A stretch of DNA of 64,000 nt from Candidatus Woesearchaeota archaeon. GTDB taxonomy: Archaea; Nanobdellota; Nanobdellia; Woesearchaeales; JAZDKJ01. The position numbers were made by a program, and so were the translations under genes. The stretch's first letter is position 1, and each line of letters opens with the position of its first letter. Location: contig JAZDKJ010000006.1 of NCBI GenBank assembly GCA_043803105.1, positions 364,222 through 428,221 on the forward strand. Reading direction: 5' to 3'. Under the pieces are notes generated by a model. That model had not been told where the DNA came from, searched no databases, and saw only the letters and a program-made list of their open reading frames with translations. Shown here in pieces: positions 44,713 through 55,427 of the stretch.

Positions 44713-45504
44713 GTGGATTCCGATTTTCGGGTTATGGTTGAAATAAAGCTTGACCTGCGAAAATCGGTTGAAGAGAACGCTGGGCTACATTTTGAGAAAG
44801 CGAAAAAGCTAAAGAAAAAACTTGTTGGTGCAAAGGCAACAGTTGAGCGCGTCAGAAAAGAGCTTGATAGGTTTGAGAAAAAGGAGCTGGCTGCTGTTGA
44901 GCTGCCTAAGGTCGACAGGAGAAAACAATGGTTCGAAAAGTTCCGCTGGTTCTTGAGTTCAGAGGGTTTTCTTGTGGTTGGCGGCCGCGACGCAACTACC
45001 AACGAAATAATAATCAAGAAGCACACGGAGCCTGAAGACCTTGTTTTTCATACTGACATGTCAGGCTCTCCTTTTTTCGTTGTTAAGGCTGATGGAAAAC
45101 AACCTGGTGTCCAGACCTTAAGGGAGGCTGCAGACGCCACTTTTTCTTTTAGTCGCAGCTCAAAGACAGGTATGACCACTTCTCCTGTTTTTTACGTTAC
45201 GCCTGCTCAGGTCTCAAGGACTCCTAATCCTGGTGAGTCATTGCCTAAAGGCGCTTTCATCATTCGTGGCAAGACCAATTACATAGAAAACAAGTTTAAT
45301 GTTGCTGTCGGTATCTATAAGGGAGCTGTTATGGCTGGCCCGCTTGAAGCAGTGCAGAAGCATTGCGAAAAATATCTCCAATTGATTCCTGGGGAAAAAA
45401 AGCCTTCTGACATTGCAAAGATGGTTAGGAAGCTTATTGGTGGAGAGCTTGATGAGATAATTAGGGCTCTCCCCAGTGGCAACTGTGACCTGAAGAAACC
45501 TTAA
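44713..45504 (+). CDS. NFACT-R (DUF814) domain protein, Rqc2/FbpA-related
   Basis: WFEKFRWFLSSEGFLVVGGRDATTNEIIIKKHTEPEDLVFHTDMSGSPFFVVK is the NFACT-R signature. Confidence 0.55.
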   Translation: MDSDFRVMVEIKLDLRKSVEENAGLHFEKAKKLKKKLVGAKATVERVRKELDRFEKKELAAVELPKVDRRKQWFEKFRWFLSSEGFLVVGGRDATTNEIIIKKHTEPEDLVFHTDMSGSPFFVVKADGKQPGVQTLREAADATFSFSRSSKTGMTTSPVFYVTPAQVSRTPNPGESLPKGAFIIRGKTNYIENKFNVAVGIYKGAVMAGPLEAVQKHCEKYLQLIPGEKKPSDIAKMVRKLIGGELDEIIRALPSGNCDLKKP

Positions 45505-46063
45505 CACTATCTCCTTTTCTTGCAATATAATGGTAGTTCACATAGAGTTCAACGTTCGTTGCATTCACACCGAGGCCGTTGTGCACCATGATTAATCCAC
45601 TCTTCTCGATTTCTCGCCTTAACGTTCTTGCTTGCCCAAGGTAGGAGGGAATATCAATTGCAAGCTTTAAGAGTCTTCCCCTTTCTCTGAATTCTCTCAT
45701 TGGTCTCATTGGAACGTCTCCGACAAGGTAGCCTCCCGGTTTCAGCACTCGTGCTGTCTCTGTAAAAAGCATGTTCCTGTCATGAACCAGGTCTGCAAGA
45801 TATCCCTGAACCACAACGTCGATGCACTCATCCCTAAAGGGGAGGCGCAGCGCATCTCCTGCAACCGCATCCTTTACAAGCAGTGGTTTTTGCTCTCTGT
45901 AGCAAAGGTCGAGTGCGATAGTCTGTCCTGATGAAGCCAAGTGAAGCGAGCTGTCCAAGGCAAAATATCCAGCTCCAAGGTCAAGCATGCTCTTTGATTC
46001 TAGTTCAGGCACAAATGCCAGAAGCGTCCTGTGGTCATACAAAATCATGCCATGTTGTTCCAT
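45461..46063 (-). CDS. Class I SAM-dependent methyltransferase
   Basis: A Gly-rich motif I (LDLGAGY) and a VLKPGGYLV motif are present. Confidence 0.6.
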   Translation of the reverse strand: MEQHGMILYDHRTLLAFVPELESKSMLDLGAGYFALDSSLHLASSGQTIALDLCYREQKPLLVKDAVAGDALRLPFRDECIDVVVQGYLADLVHDRNMLFTETARVLKPGGYLVGDVPMRPMREFRERGRLLKLAIDIPSYLGQARTLRREIEKSGLIMVHNGLGVNATNVELYVNYHYIARKGDSVKVSSGHSCHWGEP

Positions 46064-46206
46064 ATATCACTTTTAAAGCTTGCTGCTGACATCTCGTGCC
46101 AGAGCAATATCATATATCAAAATGTTACTATTCCAGAATAGAAATGCTTTAATAAGGGGCGTCTAAGGTTCTTTGCAGGGTGTTTAGAGAAAAGCGAGGT
46201 GTCTAG

Positions 46207-47511
46207 ATGAAAGTCCTTATTGTAGGTTCAGGAGGTCGGGAGCATGCTCTGGCCTGGAAAATAGCCAAAAGTCCGCTGGTTTCTAAGGTATATTGTGCTC
46301 CAGGTAATGACGGAATTTTGCAGACGCCAAAGGCAGATTGTTTCTCAGAAATCAAGGCAACAGATATTGAAGGCCTTGTTTCCCTGGCGAAAAAGAAAGG
46401 TGTTGATTTCACTCTTTTTGGTCCTGAAGATTCTTTGGTCAACGGCGCCTATGACAGGTTCAGGAAAGAAGGCCGTCTTGCTTTAGGCCCTGATAGCTGG
46501 GGAGCTGATATTGAAGGCAGCAAAGCCTGGACAAAGGACTTGATGCAAAACTATGGTATACCTACTGCCTTTGGCCAGTCAACCTCAAGGATTTCACAAG
46601 CTAAGGATATTGCCAAGGAATTTGTGCAGCATTATGGTGGTGTAGTTGTCAAGGCAGATGGGCCTTGTGGCGGAAAGGGAGTTTTTGTATGCAGAACCTT
46701 GCTTGAAGCCATTTTAGCCATAGACCGGATTATGGTCAAGCGAGTCTTTGGCCCTGCTGGAAAGCGAGTTGTCTTGGAAGAACTGCTTGTTGGCGAGGAA
46801 GCATCATTCATGGCATTGGTAAACAGCGTCGAAGATTATATCTTGCCTTTTGCTTCATCGCAAGACCATAAGAGGCGTGATGATGGAGATAAAGGCCCAA
46901 TGACCGGCGGCATGGGTGCTTATTCGCCTGCGCCTGTAGTAACACCTGTAATTCATAAAATGATAATGAAAGACACCTTGTACCAGACTATGCGCGCTAT
47001 GGCTCAGGAAGGCAGGCCTTATGTTGGGGTCATGTATGCTGGCCTAATGATAGTTAAAGGAAAACCAAAGGTGCTGGAATTCAACTGCCGCTTCGGAGAC
47101 CCAGAGATCCAGCCAATACTAATGAGGATGAAACCTGACATTATGCCTTTGCTCATTGGCTGTGCAGAAGGCAACCTCAGAAAACAGACGGTTGAATGGT
47201 ACGACGACGCTGCGGTCTGCGTAGTTATGGCCTCAAAAGGTTATCCTGAATCAGAGCAATTGAGAGGCCAGCAGATTCACGGCCTTGAGGATGTTACACA
47301 CATGGAAAATGTCTATGCCTTCCATGCAGGCACTGCTTACAAGAATGGTGTTTGGACTAATAAGGGTGGCCGTGTCTTAGGTGTAACTGGCAGAGCGCCC
47401 ACCATAAAGGAGGCACAAGACCTTGCCTATGAAGCAGCCAAAATGATTACATTCAATGGTGCTCATTATCGCACTGACATAGGCAATAAAGCAATCCAGA
47501 AAACAGTCTAG
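46207..47511 (+). CDS. purD: Phosphoribosylamine-glycine ligase
   Basis: MKVLIVGSGGREHALAWK N-terminus and an ATP-grasp layout. Length is 434 aa and the stop is TAG. Confidence 0.9.
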   Translation: MKVLIVGSGGREHALAWKIAKSPLVSKVYCAPGNDGILQTPKADCFSEIKATDIEGLVSLAKKKGVDFTLFGPEDSLVNGAYDRFRKEGRLALGPDSWGADIEGSKAWTKDLMQNYGIPTAFGQSTSRISQAKDIAKEFVQHYGGVVVKADGPCGGKGVFVCRTLLEAILAIDRIMVKRVFGPAGKRVVLEELLVGEEASFMALVNSVEDYILPFASSQDHKRRDDGDKGPMTGGMGAYSPAPVVTPVIHKMIMKDTLYQTMRAMAQEGRPYVGVMYAGLMIVKGKPKVLEFNCRFGDPEIQPILMRMKPDIMPLLIGCAEGNLRKQTVEWYDDAAVCVVMASKGYPESEQLRGQQIHGLEDVTHMENVYAFHAGTAYKNGVWTNKGGRVLGVTGRAPTIKEAQDLAYEAAKMITFNGAHYRTDIGNKAIQKTV

Positions 47512-47550
47512 TATTGCGAATAACAGAAAAGCAAGTTAGAGGTATCTCAA

Positions 47551-48504
47551 GTGTCTGATAAACTGTTGCTGATTGGTATGGGTTCGCCTAGTGATTTGAA
47601 GCATTTTGAAAAGCCTTATGCAAGCCTTGACGGCACCATCCCGGAATATCTCTTAAAAAAGGGTGTGAGACTATATTTGAGCCCTGGCACAGGAAAGCCT
47701 CTTGTTACCTCAATACATCGCACCACTGATACAGCAATGAAATTTGCAGATTCTCTTGATAGCTTGGTTGCTATAGAAGGAAGAAATGACAGGTTTGTTG
47801 CCTTATTGTTTGGCGGGCTTGCTTTTCATCTTGGTGGGGCTTTTGCTGGAAAGAATCCTGCAATACCGACGATTGTAGCTGCGATGGATGAGCATGCCTT
47901 CATGAGCGCCTATGCTATGCCTAAAGGAACTCCGGTTGGATTGGTTGGAGTCAACCAGCTTGACAAGGCTGTGATGATGGCAACTAAGATTCTTGACTAT
48001 AACGATTCTAACCGAGCATGGATCATACACCATCATTTCACCAATCCTCCATCGACTGATAGGGAGCATCTCGTAAAGTCTTCATATGATGCTGCCACTC
48101 AGCTTCTGCAAAAGTGCAATGTTTTGTCTTGGGCAGTTGAATTTATTTTTGTCGCGCAGAAGAAATATAAAGGTGTTTCATTAAGCCTGCCAGCGCTGCC
48201 ACAAACCGCAATAGAAATGGACAAGAGGTTAATTTTGGGTTCTGTTTCGTTTGTCAATCCTGCTGCGTTAAGTCCTTGCACCACAGGTCAGTATCAGACC
48301 CTCATGGATGTTGCTGGTCAGCTCAAGAACTCTTTGCTGGTCCATGACCCTTACAACGCAGCCCTTTTTACAATCCAGGTTATCGCAAACAAGTATCCAG
48401 ACTTACGTCTTGGGCTTGACAGGATAAAGGAAGAATCGAGGCTGCCGACTGCGAAGGGTGGGTATTCTCAGTTTTTGCCAATAAAAAAGGATGATTTCAA
48501 GTGA
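47551..48504 (+). CDS. PurE-like (AIR carboxylase-related) protein, unusually long at 317 aa
   Basis: The N-terminal half has a divergent PurE pattern (LLIGMGSPSD, SIHRTTD, FGGLAFHLGG, PTIVAA). The C-terminal half is unassigned. Confidence 0.4.
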   Translation: MSDKLLLIGMGSPSDLKHFEKPYASLDGTIPEYLLKKGVRLYLSPGTGKPLVTSIHRTTDTAMKFADSLDSLVAIEGRNDRFVALLFGGLAFHLGGAFAGKNPAIPTIVAAMDEHAFMSAYAMPKGTPVGLVGVNQLDKAVMMATKILDYNDSNRAWIIHHHFTNPPSTDREHLVKSSYDAATQLLQKCNVLSWAVEFIFVAQKKYKGVSLSLPALPQTAIEMDKRLILGSVSFVNPAALSPCTTGQYQTLMDVAGQLKNSLLVHDPYNAALFTIQVIANKYPDLRLGLDRIKEESRLPTAKGGYSQFLPIKKDDFK

Positions 48505-48515
48505 GGTGAAATAAC

Positions 48516-49796
48516 GTGGGCAGTACAAAAGATTTGGTTACTACAGGAAAGCTTGGTGAGCAATGGTATGCGCCTCCAACCGCTGTCAAGTTTGGTTATG
48601 GACCAATGCAGGTAAAAGGAACCTTCTCTGTGGCAGACTTAAAGAAGCTTATTCCTGAGTCTATCATAAAAAACAAGGCAGAAGCCCTTGCCATGCAGCA
48701 GGCAGCATTTGCAGAGTATCTGCAATATAATCACCCTGAGATCCCAAATTCCTATTATGGTATATTGGACAAAGATTTCAAACGTACTGACGTTCAGCAC
48801 TTGTTGTCTAAGGGAGAAACATCGAGCATCGTAGTCATGAAGCTTGCCCACACGCCAGATAGCTTTTGCGAAGGTAACCTTGATAAATATCGGGCTGCCC
48901 TGCAATCAGGAGAATTACAGTGCGGCGTTGCAGACGTGGAGTCAATCTTCAGGCTGGGCTTTCCGCTCGGCAGCTCGACTTTCGAGGATATTTTCAAGGC
49001 TGTCAGGTTAGGAGAAAAGTACGAGCATTTAGCCACTTACAATGAGACTGCGGCCGAACTCGACAAAATCAGGGCTATGGTTTCCGAGCAAGGTCTTGAC
49101 ATCTTCGAAGGTTTGGAGGAATTGCTTCAAAAAAAAGGCCTGGGCACCACTATTCCGAATCCAGGATTTGTCCTCAAGCATTTTGTTTATGATACAACCA
49201 CAAAATTCGTGAGTTACGGCGACCTTAAGATATCTGAGGAAGATGCTGAGAAACTTAGCGGCCTAAGCCATGAGAGTTATCAGCTCTGGAAGAATGACAT
49301 GTTCCCGAAGATTGCTGCTGCGCAGATAAAATTTTGCATGGAAAGGAACATATTCAATATTGATGGCAAGAGTGAAATCGTGGCATACCATCGCATGCCA
49401 GTTGTTGCCGACTTCCAATGCACTGTTGACGAAAACAGGGAAATGATAGTTGTGGCGGTTGACGGGGTTGAATGGCTGATTCCCAGCAATAAGGAAATAC
49501 AGCGGGCGATTTTCAGAAAAGAGGGAGTTTATGCAGCAAAGGCTGAGGCTTTAAGGCGGTCAGTAAAAGACAAAGGAGTCTTTGACCATTGGAAGGAGTA
49601 TTTTCCGGCTGTCATCAAGGAGCGAAAGATTGATTTGGTGGGTGTTACAGAATTCTCGTGTGATTTGATGGCAAATGCAATCATGGAAGTTGCCAACCGG
49701 ACTCTCGGCCATAGGGTGTTTGATGCAAAGCCGCTTGACTCGTGGGTTAGAGACTTTGTTCCTTATGCTAGTAAGTTACAAAGGCAAGGTGATTAA
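48516..49796 (+). CDS. SAICAR-synthetase-like protein (divergent PurC, long at 426 aa)
   Basis: The GSTKDL N-terminus is PurC-like (GKxRDxY) and the gene sits in the purine cluster. The assignment is tentative. Confidence 0.35.
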   Translation: MGSTKDLVTTGKLGEQWYAPPTAVKFGYGPMQVKGTFSVADLKKLIPESIIKNKAEALAMQQAAFAEYLQYNHPEIPNSYYGILDKDFKRTDVQHLLSKGETSSIVVMKLAHTPDSFCEGNLDKYRAALQSGELQCGVADVESIFRLGFPLGSSTFEDIFKAVRLGEKYEHLATYNETAAELDKIRAMVSEQGLDIFEGLEELLQKKGLGTTIPNPGFVLKHFVYDTTTKFVSYGDLKISEEDAEKLSGLSHESYQLWKNDMFPKIAAAQIKFCMERNIFNIDGKSEIVAYHRMPVVADFQCTVDENREMIVVAVDGVEWLIPSNKEIQRAIFRKEGVYAAKAEALRRSVKDKGVFDHWKEYFPAVIKERKIDLVGVTEFSCDLMANAIMEVANRTLGHRVFDAKPLDSWVRDFVPYASKLQRQGD

Positions 49797-49798
49797 GA

Positions 49799-51751
49799 AT
49801 GGGGCATGTTTTGTTCGGTCGTTATCCAAGCAAGGAGATGAAGGAAATCATCGGTCCTCAACCCAAGGATTACAGGACGCTTTGCTCTCCTGATATGGAA
49901 AATATTTTCTCCAAGGAGTCAAAACATAATGGTTGGGATGACGTTTGGTATGCCCATATGAAAGCACAAAAAGAAACAGGCCTGCCAATACCGCAGGAGC
50001 ATTTGGATGCCTTCCAAGTTATTCTACACAAGATTAATTATCAACGCATGGATGAGATTGAACGAATCCTGAAGCATGATGTTGATTCTGGCAGGAAGCA
50101 TCGTGCTGAAGAATTGGAGAAGGTGTTGGAAGGCTCTTCCGCATGGCTGCATGCTGGTGCAACTAGCTGCACGGTCACAGATAATCAGGAGCTTACTGCA
50201 ATGTATAACGGCTTGCAGCTCTTGGCAGACAAAGGATACAATCTCCTTAACAAGCTTGAGCGTTTTGATTCTGGTCTGATTGTTAACCAGCACAAGTCAG
50301 ATCTAGAATATGCCTTGAATATATTAGACAGCAGGATCAACAACTTCAAGATAAGAGGTGCAAAAGGCACCACAGGCACCCAGGCAAGCTATCTCGAGCT
50401 GTTTGATGGCAATGCAGAAAAGGTCAGCGCTTTCGAACAAGCCTTCATCCAAAGACTTGGGTTTGGTAGGGCATTCACGATAACCGGTCAGACCTATCCA
50501 CGGATTGCGGATTACCAGCTCGTATCAACCTTGGGCGTGCTTGCGACTGCGCTTTCAAACATTGCAGAGTACTCAGTCAGCTTTTCCGAAGAATTAGCTC
50601 ATCCTTTGTCTGATGTGAAGAGCTTTGCAAAAAGCGCTGCGCACATGGCATCCAAGCAGTGGTTGGAGCGAACACTAGATGACTCTGCCCAGAGACGGAT
50701 TATCATCGAAGATTCCTTCAAGGCAGTTGAGTATGTTCTGGATAGGCTGAACTCTGCAGAAATTAACCCGATAGAGATAAGGGACCCTGACTTTCAGCTA
50801 AGCCAGCCATTGTCAGAAACGCTTGAAGGCACTACAGGCAAGGCTCTTGAGCTGTTGCGTGACAAGACTGTGAATACAATTTTCAGAATTCACACATTTG
50901 CAGAGAAGTTCAAGGACCAGCCTTGCATGGCATACACTCATTATCAGGTTGCCCAGCCTACAACTGTAGGCAAGCGGCTTGACCTTTGGGCCTATAATTA
51001 TGTTTTGGCACTTCAGGACATTGAAGACTTTTTGGAGTCTGACAAGAACCTTGAAGTAAGCCAGAATATTGTTGAATATCGCATCGCCACACTGTTAACA
51101 CAGATTGCGGTTGCTGCCCATAAGCAAGCCGCAGATGTCAGGTTGTGCCAGCATGACGGGATAATGACTGAGCCTTTTGCAATTGGCCAAAAAGGTTCAA
51201 GTGCTATGCCTCATAAGCGCAATCCTATGAAGAATGAGCGCATCTGTTCTCTATCTACAGAGTTGATTCAGTATGCTGATTCCAATAATGCCAACCCTTA
51301 TAGCTTTTTGCTAGCTGACTCAGTCTTGAATCTTGCAATGGCTGTTTTTGTTGAGGATACTCCTAAACAAAAGGGCTTTACTGTTAACCCAGAGGTTATT
51401 GCAAAGAATTTCAGGGAATTTCTGCCATATATCTGCCTAGAGCAACTGGTTAACAAAGTGCTCAAGACAGGAAAATACAAGCGCGAGGAGCTGTATGACA
51501 TCGCTTACAATTGCTCAATACAGGCCCGAACCAATGTCGAGGTACACGGCAAGGCAAACAACACGCTTGAATTAGTGTGCGAATACCCTCAATTTGGGCT
51601 CACTCCAGAAATGATTCCTGCGATGCTTGATCCTATGCTCTATATCGGTCTAGCGTCAAAACAGGTAGAATTGTTTGGAAGGGTGCATGTGGACCCCTTG
51701 AAAGAGAAGTACAAATCTGTTCAGGCGTTAGAGTCTGACGTGAAAGTTTAA
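49799..51751 (+). CDS. purB: Adenylosuccinate lyase (fumarate-lyase family), long form
   Basis: PurB-like N-terminus (RYPSKEMKEI...LCSPDMENIFSKE) and the lyase signature GSSAMPHKRNP. Length is 650 aa, which implies insertions. Confidence 0.7.
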   Translation: MGHVLFGRYPSKEMKEIIGPQPKDYRTLCSPDMENIFSKESKHNGWDDVWYAHMKAQKETGLPIPQEHLDAFQVILHKINYQRMDEIERILKHDVDSGRKHRAEELEKVLEGSSAWLHAGATSCTVTDNQELTAMYNGLQLLADKGYNLLNKLERFDSGLIVNQHKSDLEYALNILDSRINNFKIRGAKGTTGTQASYLELFDGNAEKVSAFEQAFIQRLGFGRAFTITGQTYPRIADYQLVSTLGVLATALSNIAEYSVSFSEELAHPLSDVKSFAKSAAHMASKQWLERTLDDSAQRRIIIEDSFKAVEYVLDRLNSAEINPIEIRDPDFQLSQPLSETLEGTTGKALELLRDKTVNTIFRIHTFAEKFKDQPCMAYTHYQVAQPTTVGKRLDLWAYNYVLALQDIEDFLESDKNLEVSQNIVEYRIATLLTQIAVAAHKQAADVRLCQHDGIMTEPFAIGQKGSSAMPHKRNPMKNERICSLSTELIQYADSNNANPYSFLLADSVLNLAMAVFVEDTPKQKGFTVNPEVIAKNFREFLPYICLEQLVNKVLKTGKYKREELYDIAYNCSIQARTNVEVHGKANNTLELVCEYPQFGLTPEMIPAMLDPMLYIGLASKQVELFGRVHVDPLKEKYKSVQALESDVKV

Positions 51752-53220
51752 TGCGACCACTAAAAAACGAGCCTTCAAGGAGCTTGAAGGAGTACAGGCT
51801 TCTTACAGGCAGGACTACTGCTAAGACTGTTATGTCTTCTGTCAATCTCAGGACAAGACTCTGCACGAGTCCTAATGGCAAGGACTTTCTCTATCTGAAC
51901 ATTCCATTGATGAGCGCAGCAATGCAGGCTGTTTCAGGAACAAGGTTATCTGTTGCGCTTGCACAGTTTGGAGGCATTTCTGTTTTGCCGTGCTCTATTC
52001 CGGTTCAGGAGCAGGTTGCAATAATCAAGGAAGTGAAGCGCTTCAAGGCAGGCTTCCAGGAGGATGTGACAACCTTTTCCAAGGATGACCTGATTGCCGA
52101 TGCTGTTAAGGTAATGAGTACAAAAGGCTATCACACTTTTCCCATAACAGAAAATGGGAGATCGCACGGGAGGCTCCTTGGCATATTATCAGACAGGAAT
52201 TTTGACCCCAAAGAGCACGTAAAGAATAAGATCGAGAAACACATGGTGAAGAATGTTGTGACAGCAAGGGAGGGCATTTCATTGCCTGATGCAAACAAGG
52301 TGATGATAAAATACGGCAGGAGCATACTACCTATTGTTGACTCAAGGAAAAACCTACGATACGTTGTCTTCAAGAAAGACCTGGAAAAGCACAGGAACTT
52401 TCCTGATGAGCTCGTCGACCATAACAAGCGCTATATGATCGCTGCAGCAGTCTCGACCTTGCCTAGTGACCACTCAAGGATTGATGCCCTGATTAAGGCA
52501 GGAGTTGATGCCTTGATCATTGATTCCTCCGATGGTTTTTCTGATTTCCAAATTGAGACCTTGAGCTATATCCGTAATAAAACAAGGAAGATTCCGGTGA
52601 TTGGGGGAAATATAATCACTAAAGAAGGCTTTTTTCACTTGGCTGAAGCTGGTTTTGATGCAGTTAAGGTCGGAATGGGAATTGGTTCTGGCTGCACGAC
52701 ACAAGAGCAGAAAGGTGTTGGTCGAGGCCAGGCTTCTGCCTTGATTGATGTCTGCGCTGCTCGCGACGAGTTTTATTCAAACACCAACAGATATCTTCCA
52801 ATAATTTCTGATGGCAGCATTTCAAATCCTGGCCAGATTGTAATTGCCTTGGCTCTAGGCGCAGATTCTGTCATGATGGGTCGGTTCTTTGCCCAATTCT
52901 CCGAGTCTGAAGGCGGTGTGAGGAATCATCCTCAATACGGTCCATTGAAAGAATTCTGGATGGAAGCCTCTGCCAGGGCGAGGAGTTATGGCCGCTATGA
53001 AACCAAGCCAGAATTCTTTTTTGAGGAAGGTGTCGAAGGCTATGTTCCGCACATTGGATCAATCTATGATAATCTCGGCCAGACTTTGATCAAGATAAAG
53101 TCTGCCTTGTCCAATGCTGGCTGCAAGAATATAGATGAATTGCACAAGACTGCAGTGCTTGAATTGCAATCAATAGCATCATTGCAGGATGCTGCAGTGC
53201 ATGATATTATAACTAAGTGA
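51751..53220 (+). CDS. guaB: IMP dehydrogenase
   Basis: TIM barrel with an inserted CBS pair. Catalytic loop GMGIGSGCTTQEQKGVGRGQ. Confidence 0.75.
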   Translation: MRPLKNEPSRSLKEYRLLTGRTTAKTVMSSVNLRTRLCTSPNGKDFLYLNIPLMSAAMQAVSGTRLSVALAQFGGISVLPCSIPVQEQVAIIKEVKRFKAGFQEDVTTFSKDDLIADAVKVMSTKGYHTFPITENGRSHGRLLGILSDRNFDPKEHVKNKIEKHMVKNVVTAREGISLPDANKVMIKYGRSILPIVDSRKNLRYVVFKKDLEKHRNFPDELVDHNKRYMIAAAVSTLPSDHSRIDALIKAGVDALIIDSSDGFSDFQIETLSYIRNKTRKIPVIGGNIITKEGFFHLAEAGFDAVKVGMGIGSGCTTQEQKGVGRGQASALIDVCAARDEFYSNTNRYLPIISDGSISNPGQIVIALALGADSVMMGRFFAQFSESEGGVRNHPQYGPLKEFWMEASARARSYGRYETKPEFFFEEGVEGYVPHIGSIYDNLGQTLIKIKSALSNAGCKNIDELHKTAVLELQSIASLQDAAVHDIITK

Positions 53221-53230
53221 GGTGTCATAA

Positions 53231-54643
53231 ATGGGTTTTTCAGAATTGGTGTCAGGTAAGCAGACAATTGCTATTGTTTGCAATCAATGGGGTGATTCAG
53301 GCAAGGGAAAGTTTGTCCACTTGTTTAGCGAGTGGGCTGACATTATCGCACGTGGTACTGGAGGTCCGAATGCAGGTCATACTGTTGTAATAAACGACAA
53401 GACATACATCTTCCACACGATCCCTTCTGGAATTTTGTATGACTGCGCTGGAAAGACTAATGTGATGGGACCTGGAATGGTTATTGATTTGAAAGGCCTT
53501 GGTGAAGAGTTGGACACGCTTGACAAAGAGCGTGCCTCATATAATCACTTGGTTATCAGCAATGCAGCAAATGTGATTTTGCCCCAGCACAAGATTCGAG
53601 ATGGTGCTGCTTTCGCATCCATGGCCAAAGGGTCTGTTGGTTCAACCGGCCGAGGCATCGGCCCTTGCTATGCTGATGCGACTGCCAGAACAGGAATTAC
53701 CTTAGCAGATCTGTTTGACAAAGATATATTGGCAAAGAAATTGAGGGAAAACCTCAAGAACTATCCTGATTTGGTTGACAAGCTAGACGTGGACGAGATT
53801 ATTGAAGAGCAGCTCAAACATTTTGAAAGAATAAGACCTTTTGTCCGCGAAACGCATTATCTTATGAACGAGTCCCTTGCTGCAGGAAAGAAGATCCTCC
53901 TGGAAGGTGCACAGGGATTATTGCTGAGCATAATGTTTGGTACCACACGATATCAGACCAGCTCTGATTGCTCTATTATCGGAACAGCTCAAGGTGTAGG
54001 CCTGAATCCAGCAGTCGTTGACTTAACTCTTGGGATAGTCAAGGCACCTTATATGACTCGTGTTGGCAACGGCCCATTCCCTACTGAGTTTGGAGGAGTA
54101 CTGGCTGAAGAGTATTGTGCAGATGTGAGCCACAACAAGAAGGTTGAACTGGCAAATTACAATCTTGAAGCGCTTCTACGCTCTCCACGCGAGTTCGACC
54201 AGGGGTTATATGCGAGAATTAAAGGAAATGAGTATGGGGCCACCACTGGCCGTCCAAGGAGAACCGGATGGATTGACTTGGTTGCCCTTCGCTATGCTGC
54301 CATGATTAACAAGAGCGCAAAGGCGAAAAGGGCTGATGTTATCATAACAAAGCCCGATGTGATGGATGAGTTTGACAAGATAAAATTATGTGTTGGCTAC
54401 ACCCTTGGGGGTGTGATCACCACCAGGTTCCCGCACCGTTCTGAACTGCTTGAACAATGTGCACCTATTTACGTAACCATGGACGGGTGGAAGACCCCAA
54501 TAAGCGACTTCAGGGATTACAATGAAATAAAGAGGAAAGCGCCAAACCTTGCCAACATTCTGTTCTTCATTGAAGAATATGCTGGTGTTAATATCAGGAG
54601 CGTATCTGTTGGCGCTGATAATGACCAAACAATCTTTAGGTGA
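53231..54643 (+). CDS. purA: Adenylosuccinate synthetase
   Basis: P-loop QWGDSGKGKFV and GGPNAGHTV are present. Length is 470 aa. Confidence 0.9.
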   Translation: MGFSELVSGKQTIAIVCNQWGDSGKGKFVHLFSEWADIIARGTGGPNAGHTVVINDKTYIFHTIPSGILYDCAGKTNVMGPGMVIDLKGLGEELDTLDKERASYNHLVISNAANVILPQHKIRDGAAFASMAKGSVGSTGRGIGPCYADATARTGITLADLFDKDILAKKLRENLKNYPDLVDKLDVDEIIEEQLKHFERIRPFVRETHYLMNESLAAGKKILLEGAQGLLLSIMFGTTRYQTSSDCSIIGTAQGVGLNPAVVDLTLGIVKAPYMTRVGNGPFPTEFGGVLAEEYCADVSHNKKVELANYNLEALLRSPREFDQGLYARIKGNEYGATTGRPRRTGWIDLVALRYAAMINKSAKAKRADVIITKPDVMDEFDKIKLCVGYTLGGVITTRFPHRSELLEQCAPIYVTMDGWKTPISDFRDYNEIKRKAPNLANILFFIEEYAGVNIRSVSVGADNDQTIFR

Positions 54644-54652
54644 GGTGTAAAA

Positions 54653-55426
54653 ATGCAAAAAACTTTAATGGATGTTTTAAAAGATTTTCCCTATCTAGGG
54701 AGGTTTGTTCTTATAGGCGTTGACCTCACAGATACATTTAATTTTATAGCCTGTGGCATCCAGGGTCGAAGCCCGCCAAGTAGAGAAAGGTATTATGAAG
54801 AAAGCACTGACAGGAAGACTCTCTCTGTAAAACCTCTTGCGTATGACAAGATGGTCCGTGAATTCCAGGGAGGCAACCTTAGCGCCAATCCAGAACTTCT
54901 GTTATACAATGTGATAAAAGCTCACCTGACCGGCGTTGCAGTCAGCAACGGAAAACAGACTGATTCGATTGCTGACCTTATACAACCTGGCCAAAAGCCA
55001 AAATCCATTCTTGAAAGAGGCTTATCCAATTGGAGTTATGAATCTGATCCTCCAAATAACACTCCAAGAGTTAACGGGGTGGTGAATGATAATCAGGCAT
55101 GCTTGGCAATTCTGAAAAAGGACAAGGATGGATCACGATTGCCACTATATTTTAACGTCCCGATGACAAGAGGCAGAGGCATGTTACTCCCAACTTATAC
55201 AGGGGTTAATATGAATCCTCTTCCTTCGTTTCAAGGCGAGCCTCTGGAATTGGAGCTCACTGCCACAACCCCAACTGAGATGGTGCTTATGCTTTATGGT
55301 GCCTTAGTGCCACAGTCAGGAGATGATTTACGCGTTGCTGTCGGAGCAATGTTCCAGAACAGGATGGACTTTTCCACAATGCTCTACAGCAAGAGCCGTT
55401 ACGAAAAACCAGTCGAGGTGAAATAA
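54653..55426 (+). CDS. purO: Archaeal IMP cyclohydrolase
   Basis: YLGRFVLIGVDLTD...FIACGIQGRSPPSRE parallels the PurO N-terminus (YIGRF.V.G......A.RVSSRSFPNR). An AICARFT-only purH follows, which fits that functional split. Confidence 0.5.
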   Translation: MQKTLMDVLKDFPYLGRFVLIGVDLTDTFNFIACGIQGRSPPSRERYYEESTDRKTLSVKPLAYDKMVREFQGGNLSANPELLLYNVIKAHLTGVAVSNGKQTDSIADLIQPGQKPKSILERGLSNWSYESDPPNNTPRVNGVVNDNQACLAILKKDKDGSRLPLYFNVPMTRGRGMLLPTYTGVNMNPLPSFQGEPLELELTATTPTEMVLMLYGALVPQSGDDLRVAVGAMFQNRMDFSTMLYSKSRYEKPVEVK

Positions 55427-55427
55427 G

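Noticed and set aside
44658-45026. N-terminal 123 aa of ORF 44028-45026 (S/F/T-rich low complexity)
   Set aside because: It is not HIT-like. A genuine start, MDPQQEYEEK, with the Hint-like CIFCQII follows at 44657.
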